DNA of 64,000 nt, taken from NCBI RefSeq assembly GCF_038025025.1, contig NW_027117341.1, positions 2,170,001 to 2,234,000 of the forward strand, given 5' to 3'. Numbering within the stretch: position 1 is the stretch's first letter; the number at the start of each line of letters is the position of its first letter. Below, one piece after another: positions 57,200 through 64,000 of this stretch. The position numbers were made by a program, and so were the translations under genes. Under the pieces are notes generated by a model. The model made no database searches. It was not told the DNA's origin and worked only from the letters and a program-made list of their open reading frames with translations. The DNA is from Phyllosticta citribraziliensis. Lineage: Eukaryota.

Positions 57200-60100
57200 C
57201 TAGTAATATATATAAATAAAAAGCTTTAAGAGTATAAATAATAGTATTAATACTCTTTATAGCTTATTAAATAAGTACCTAGCTAGTTTTAAATCTACTA
57301 GTAATACTATAAATAATACCTACTACCTCTAAAATAATATAGGTTACTTTTATCTAGATATAAAGAAATAGTACTATTAGAAATACTATATCTATTCTAG
57401 TTTTCCTCCTTCTAAAATCTATAATTATAGAGGACTACTAAACCCTATATAACTACTACTACTTTTATACTTCTAGTTCTATTTTTTTAATAGTATAATA
57501 TATAAATAATCTCTACTACTAGTAGTAGACTAATAAATTACTTAGTATATAGATAATAACTATAACTACTCTTATACTTTTCTATACTTCTACTCTAATA
57601 ATATTAGCTACTTTAACCCTAATCTAGGTAAAGATAAGATTAGCTAGAGTAGTAGTACTATAATATATAAAAAAGTAGTTTACTATACTATAGAATAATT
57701 TATTAATAGTACTTAAATAGCTTATATAATATTTAGTACTAGAATAGTATAACTTAACCTATAGAAGTATCTTAAAGGAACTACTAATATATAGTTTACT
57801 TTATAAATTATAAAGGAGGACTATATCTATATATATACTAAGGCTAGTATTAAATACTAGGTTACCTTATTTTAAAAGGATTTTAGTATAATCTAGTATA
57901 AGATAATTAATACTTTAAATACTATTAGCTTTAGTCTTAAAGACTTTATAATTACTTATATCTACTTAAGATATATAGCTAGTTTCTAGACTATTTATAA
58001 CTAGCTTACTAATACTTTTACTAAGATTAATTCTTTCTACTAGTAGTAGCTAGAGGAGCTTATACCCTAAATAACTATATAATTCTTTATTAAAATAATT
58101 AAGAGTTATTACTAAATCTAAAAGTATCTAGTATAATACTATAAAGTAGATAAGGGAACCTTCCCCTAGTAAGGCTAGAAATAGATAACTAATTAAAATT
58201 ACCCCTATAGCTAAATAAACTATAAAAGGACTAATAGAGGATATATAGCCCTTTAGTATAATATAAGTACTAAGAGACTAAGTAATAATAAATAGATTAT
58301 ATACTTAAAATAACTTATATTACCTACCCTAGGAAATATAGGAATAGGATTAAAAAAAGAGTTAGATTTAAAATTCTAATTATAATAGTCTAAGAGTAAT
58401 AATATAAGGAATACTAGTAAGAAATAAACTACTTATAGATAATACCTTATATAAGGTAAGGAAGCTAAAGATAAGTCTAATAAGAAAGAAAAACTAGCCT
58501 TTAAAAAGCTAAATTCCTCTAATTTTAAGATAATAAAAAAAGAAAAGATAGAATCTACTAACTAGCCTCTTAATATATTAGTCTATAACTATAGCTAATA
58601 CTATTATTTAATAGCTTCTAACTAATTCCTAGACTAGCTTAATATAGGACCTAAACTAGCCCCTATATATATAATAGTATATAATAGTTATTAGAAGAGG
58701 TTCTAGTTAAAATAATAGCTATATTACTATTTATAGGGTATAGATTACTAATATAGTTCTTTAAGAGCTATTTATAATATATAGAGTAAGGATATATTTA
58801 TAGCTACTATTAATAATAAGTAAGAGTCTCTAAAAAGACTTAAGACTATATAATAGGATAATATATAGCCCCTTTTTAACTATAACTTATTCTAGTAATT
58901 TATATATTAGTATAAAGCCTACTCTTTCTATTTAGCTTAGCTATATATACTATACTATATTAGGACTAAAGGAGTAAAGCTAAAGGCTATACTCTATTAA
59001 TAGATAGTTTATTTATAATAATAAGTATAATAGATTCTAATACTAAAGAGACTAATAAAAAGGCTTTATTTAATAAGAATCCCCTTATTTTAATATCTAA
59101 ATAAGTACTACTAGGGTTATTAATAGATAATAGCTTATTAAAGTTCCCTTATTACTAGTCCCTTAAGTATAGCTTTTAGCTCTATATATTAGGACTTATA
59201 GATATTATATATCTTAATACTAGAGTATTATCCTTACTAATTACTTAAAGCTTCTTATAAGAGTAGCTACTAGATATAAAAGTCCTTATACTTTTAAAGT
59301 CTATATAAATTAATAGTATTAGTACTATAATATTATATATAGACTATATACTCCTACCTTTTTATCTACTAGAGTATATAAAAGATAGTAAAGCTATAGC
59401 CTATATTCCTTACTATATATATATTATTAATTAAGATATATTAGTCTTACTATTAATAGGGAATAATATTCTATATCTTAAAGTAATAATTATAGACCTT
59501 AAAAAGAATTAAGTAATTTAGCCCTATCTTAATAAGGGAGGCTTTAGAATCTTAGTAATAATAAAGATATATATAATACTAGTATATTAATATATTATAA
59601 TAAGTAAATATACTAAAGTACTATTTTATAGTACTATAAAAGTACCTATCTATATATCTAGACTAATATTACTAATCTAATACTATAAATTCTACTTTAA
59701 TTATAGTATAAGACCTATCTCCTTCCTATAAAAAGGAGGATCCCTATATTCTATTATAGTAAATACTAATATAACCTAGATTATTATATAAAATAACTCT
59801 AACTAGACCCTAACTATCTTAAAGAATATATAATTAGGTAGTCTAATAGTAGTAGAGTTTAATATAAGCTACTAGCTTATTAATAAGGACTATAGTCTAG
59901 TAGCCCTAAATCTATTACTCTTAATAATAAAAGAAGAAAGACTAGATAATAGTATCTTAATCCTTAGCCCCTTTAAGACTAAGGAATATTACTAGGCCCT
60001 TATAGACTAATTTAAGAATCTATTTACTAATTAAAAGGGGTTTATTAAGATTTCTAAAGAGAAATAGATATATATTCTACTAGTTTTAAATTAGAGAGAT

Positions 60101-60800
60101 AAATTCTAATAGATATAACTATATATAGCCTTATAATAAGATAAAGAATTTTAAGATAATACTCTTAACTCTATATATAAGTAGGGTAAAGCTAAATAGG
60201 TATAAGATAATATAAGTCTAGAGTTTCTAGTCTTTATAGTATAGAGATAGGTCCTTAATAAAAATAAAGAGCTTAAATAGAAAGATTATATTATTATTAA
60301 TATCTATATACTAAATACTATTATAGAGAAGGATAGCTACCCTCTACTACTAGTATTTAATATTATTTTAAAAATCTAAGGGTATCTCTTTATTTTAGTA
60401 GTTAATATAATTATATTCTTCTACTAATAGAGAGTATATATAGAGAACTAATATAAGCTAGTAATACTTACCTATTATAGAGTAAAATAAAGTAATATTA
60501 CTCTTATAGGCTACTATAATAGTATTTAATATATATAGTAATAATATAATATATTACTCTAAAATTACTAGGCCTTTATATACCTCTATATTAATAATAT
60601 TATTATCTTCTTATAATTACTAGATAAGTATATCTAGTACTTAAAGACTATCTTTATTAAGACTAAGTTAATATAAGCCTATCTATTAAAAAAACCTATC
60701 TAGGGTACCTATTAATTATACTTTTAGACTAATAGGTATTAGGGCTAGAAATTACTACTTTTAATACTAAGATCTAGGCCCTAACTATTAGCTCTAATTA
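57200..60800 (+). mobile_element. RIP-mutated Ty3/Gypsy retrotransposon relic (gag-protease-RT); boundaries approximate
   Basis: Motifs recoverable by reversing G>A and C>T: NISYFNP (DIGYFDP, about 57600), YLNTR (LDTG protease, about 59210), LLIGNNIL (about 59450), KDSYPL (about 60330) and LYINNIIIF (YIDD, about 60585). Order is gag, PR, RT. Confidence 0.75.
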
Positions 60801-60847
60801 ATTACTACTTTATAAGTAATTTATATTTAAACCCTATACTATATAAC

Positions 60848-60943
60848 TTTTCTTTTTTTTTTTTTTTCTTTTTTTCTTTCTTCTTTTAAAATATTTTCCC
60901 TAGAAAGAAAGAAAGAAAGAAAGAAAGAAAAAAAGAAAAAAAA

Positions 60944-60974
<31 letters not shown>

Positions 60975-61110
60975 GAAAAAAAAAAAGAAAACCTCTCTTC
61001 TTTTAAATTATTATTATTATTATTATTATAAAGGGAGACTACTATAAATCTTACTCTTATAGCCTTTTATTATTATAGTAGGTAGTAGTAGTAGTAGTAG
61101 TAGTAGTTAG
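60848..61110. repeat. Poly-T / (GAAA)n-poly-A inverted low-complexity tract with (TTA)n and (GTA)n microsatellites
   Basis: T-rich 60848-60888, A-rich 60902-60990, TTA repeats about 61008-61029, GTA repeats about 61077-61106. Confidence 0.9.
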
Positions 61111-64000
61111 TATATATAGCCTATTAAGTATATACCTTACTATAGAAGATGCCTTTTATAAGGTAGTTAGTATATATACTATTAAAATAGAATTCTAATT
61201 AGTCTAGTAGTATTTATATATACTAGTAGAATAGGCTACTAGGGCCTTAATATTATTTATATAAGTTATTATTTTTAGTAATAAGAGTAAATAAGTAGTA
61301 TAGTAGAATAGTAGTATTATATAATAAGTATAGCTTAAATAGATAGTAGTAGTAGTATAGCTACTACTATTATAAGTAGGACTAGCTACTTACTAATATA
61401 CTTATTTAGCTAGCTAAGATACTAGTATTAAAAGAGGTATAAGAAATAGTAACTAGTAGTAAATAAGTAGACTCTATAGGATAGGAATAAAATAACTACT
61501 AAACTAACTAAAATAAGCTACTATCTAGCTATTACTTTACTATTTAAGTAGTATAAGATTTAGGTATAAACTATAAGTATAAATAAATAAATAACTAAGT
61601 ATTTAGTAGATAATAGTTTAACTAAGTATAAAAGACTTTATTTATATAAGTAGTACCTCTTAATAAGTAGCTATAAAAGGGGGTATATAACTAGCTAATC
61701 TACTACTAAAAATACTAATAGTATAAAACCTCCTATTACTACTAAAGATACTAAATTTACTTATACTTTTATTAGCTATTATTATTACTACTAAACTATA
61801 TAGAACTATACCTTTCTAGTATTTTAGAGCTACTTATAGTCTTATTTTCTTACTAGCCTAATCTTCTACTTATATCTAAGCTAAAACTATAGCTAAGAAT
61901 AAGAACTATAATTACTAAAAGTAACTATTAAAAGCTATAAAAACCGTACTAGCTAGTAGTACTATACTATATATTAAGTACTTAGAGGTTATTAGGGCTA
62001 ATAGTATTATAAAGTTCTATAGCTATTAAGGTAAGGAGATAGTATCTATCCTATATAATATAGATACTAGTAAGTAGAATAATAAGCTAAAGATTATAAA
62101 AATAATAGGTACCTTACTAAATATATAGTTATATAAGATTAAACTATAAGAGAGTAGTTACTAATAGGGGTAGATAGTATAGCTATTATTATTAGTAGTA
62201 GTAGTAGTAGTAGTCTAGTAGTACCTTTCTTCTTAATAAATAAGGACTATAGTAGTAGTAGTAGTAGTAGTAGTAAATTAATAGATAGATATTATAATTA
62301 TTATTATATCTAGTAATAGAGTAAAGACTTTAAAATAGATATAAATAGTATTATAGGTTAGCTAAAAACCTATAATTATATTAAATACTACTTAGTATTA
62401 AGTACTAGGCGTACCTATACTATAACTACTAGCTATAACTATAAGCTATATATACTAAAGTTACCTAACTCTTTAAGAGCTATAGCTACCTAGATAATTT
62501 AATTCTAATACCTATATATATATTATTAATATAATAATAGAAATAAGAATAGAACCTCTTATATCTATAATAAAGACTTAGCTAAGTAGTTAATTTTAAG
62601 AAGTATATTACTACTAATAAGCTAGTAAACTACTATATAATTTAAGATTAAGATAAGGTCTCTTCTCTTATAATATCTATTTTTTTTTAGTTATAATTTC
62701 TAAGATAAATTAGATAATAGAATATAAAAAGATCTTATTATATAAATACTATAAATAGCTATCTTTATTTTTTTATAATTAATACTCCTAAGTAGACTCC
62801 TTATTAATTTAACTTATATCTTATTATATACTCTTCTTACTTAGCTTTATCTCTTATACTTATATACCTTATTATTAAATAGATAGTTACTTAAAACTAG
62901 CCTACTAATTAGATAACCTATTAGCTTATAATAGAAAAATAAAGATTATTAAATTATTATATCTTTTCTTATACTAACTCTCTTAATATCTAGGAAGGTC
63001 TAAAATATCCCCTACTAAAAATACTAGGTATATATTTTAAAAATAATATCTATACTAGTTAGCTAAGCCTTACTTTAAGTCTTATAGTATAAATACTAGT
63101 AGATACCCCTATAAGCCTAGAGGACCCCTAGGTATATAGCTAGAGCTACTTTATATAAGAAGTAGAGATTAATATATAAAGAAAATATAAATAGTCTCTT
63201 ACTCTAAAACCCCTATAAATAATAAGGTTATACTATATAGATTAGATTAAGTTAAGAACTAGTTAGTTATAGCTAATTTAAGATCTAGTTAAAAGAGTAA
63301 AATAATAAGATTAATTTTTATAGCTCTTCTAATTCCTTCTATATAAATAGAAGGAAACCCTAATAACTCTTTTTTAAAACTAAAAGAAAATTCTATTCCT
63401 TTATAAATTTATAAAGTTAATTTAAATAATCTAAAGCTACTTAAAATAGTAATAGAATAGGGGCTTTATATAGAAGTTATTCTTAAGCTCTTTAGTAAAC
63501 TCTTAAGATCTAAGGAGATACCTAGTAAGAGTTAGTATAATAAGACTTATAAAGTAGAGATTATTAAGTTACTCCTTAATAAGAAGTACTAAGTAGCTAC
63601 TATAAAAGAAGTAATCTCTTACTATAAATAGTTTATAAACTACTATAGAAATAAGATTTTAGTAATCTTACTAGTCTATATAATAGATAAAGTTATTAAA
63701 GAATAAATCTACTATAAATACTTATTTTATAAAGGAACTATATTCTCCTATAATTTAGCTTATACTACTACTAGATAGCCTATTTAGAAGTACTATATTA
63801 AGATCTTAAACCTATCTCTCCTTATAAATAGAAAAGTACCTAAGTACTAAGTCTAGCTCTACTAGATTAAGAATAAAATTTAAACTAATTATAATTAATT
63901 TATCTTAAATAACCCTATAAATACTAAAATAATAATTATAGTATATATTATATCTAAAATAAGTAGTAAAGTAGCTAATTACCTTCTTCTATTCCTTAAT

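Larger units (their letters stand above)
54190..64000. mobile_element. AT-rich RIP-degenerated transposon block (several elements, mostly unclassifiable by eye)
   Basis: Abrupt drop in GC; very high TpA with near-absence of CpA, TpG and CpG; no ORFs in the supplied track. Confidence 0.95.

Overview
Filamentous ascomycete genomic DNA, inferred from ~50-nt GT-AG introns with CTRAY branch sites and a large RIP-mutated block. The window has five zones. (1) 1-12.3 kb is accessory: orphan ORFs, a six-unit stem-loop array, and a tandem family of ankyrin + Zn-deaminase genes. One copy is intact, one has a single TAG inside the PCxxC zinc motif with conserved sequence continuing past it, and one is degenerate. 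(2) 13.4-19.9 kb is a conventional block: MFS transporter, CYC2-like, sucrase/ferredoxin-like and SDR. (3) 21.6-32.7 kb holds a secreted repeat protein, then two related head-to-head gene pairs that carry GYxxGYxxG motifs and, in three of the four genes, a divergent KilA-N/APSES-like domain. The pairs flank a DEDDh exonuclease, and a TTGAAG motif is repeated in the promoters. (4) 33-53 kb is a secondary-metabolism-like cluster with no core synthase in the window: BVMO, UbiA prenyltransferase, two AflR-like regulators, ADH, NmrA, two Fe/2OG dioxygenases and a BBE-like oxidase. (5) 54.2-64 kb is AT-rich RIP-degraded transposon DNA, including a Ty3/Gypsy relic. The best candidates for undescribed systems are the deaminase/hairpin-array locus and the KilA-N/exonuclease module. 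All family assignments come from motif recognition by eye; no database searches were run.
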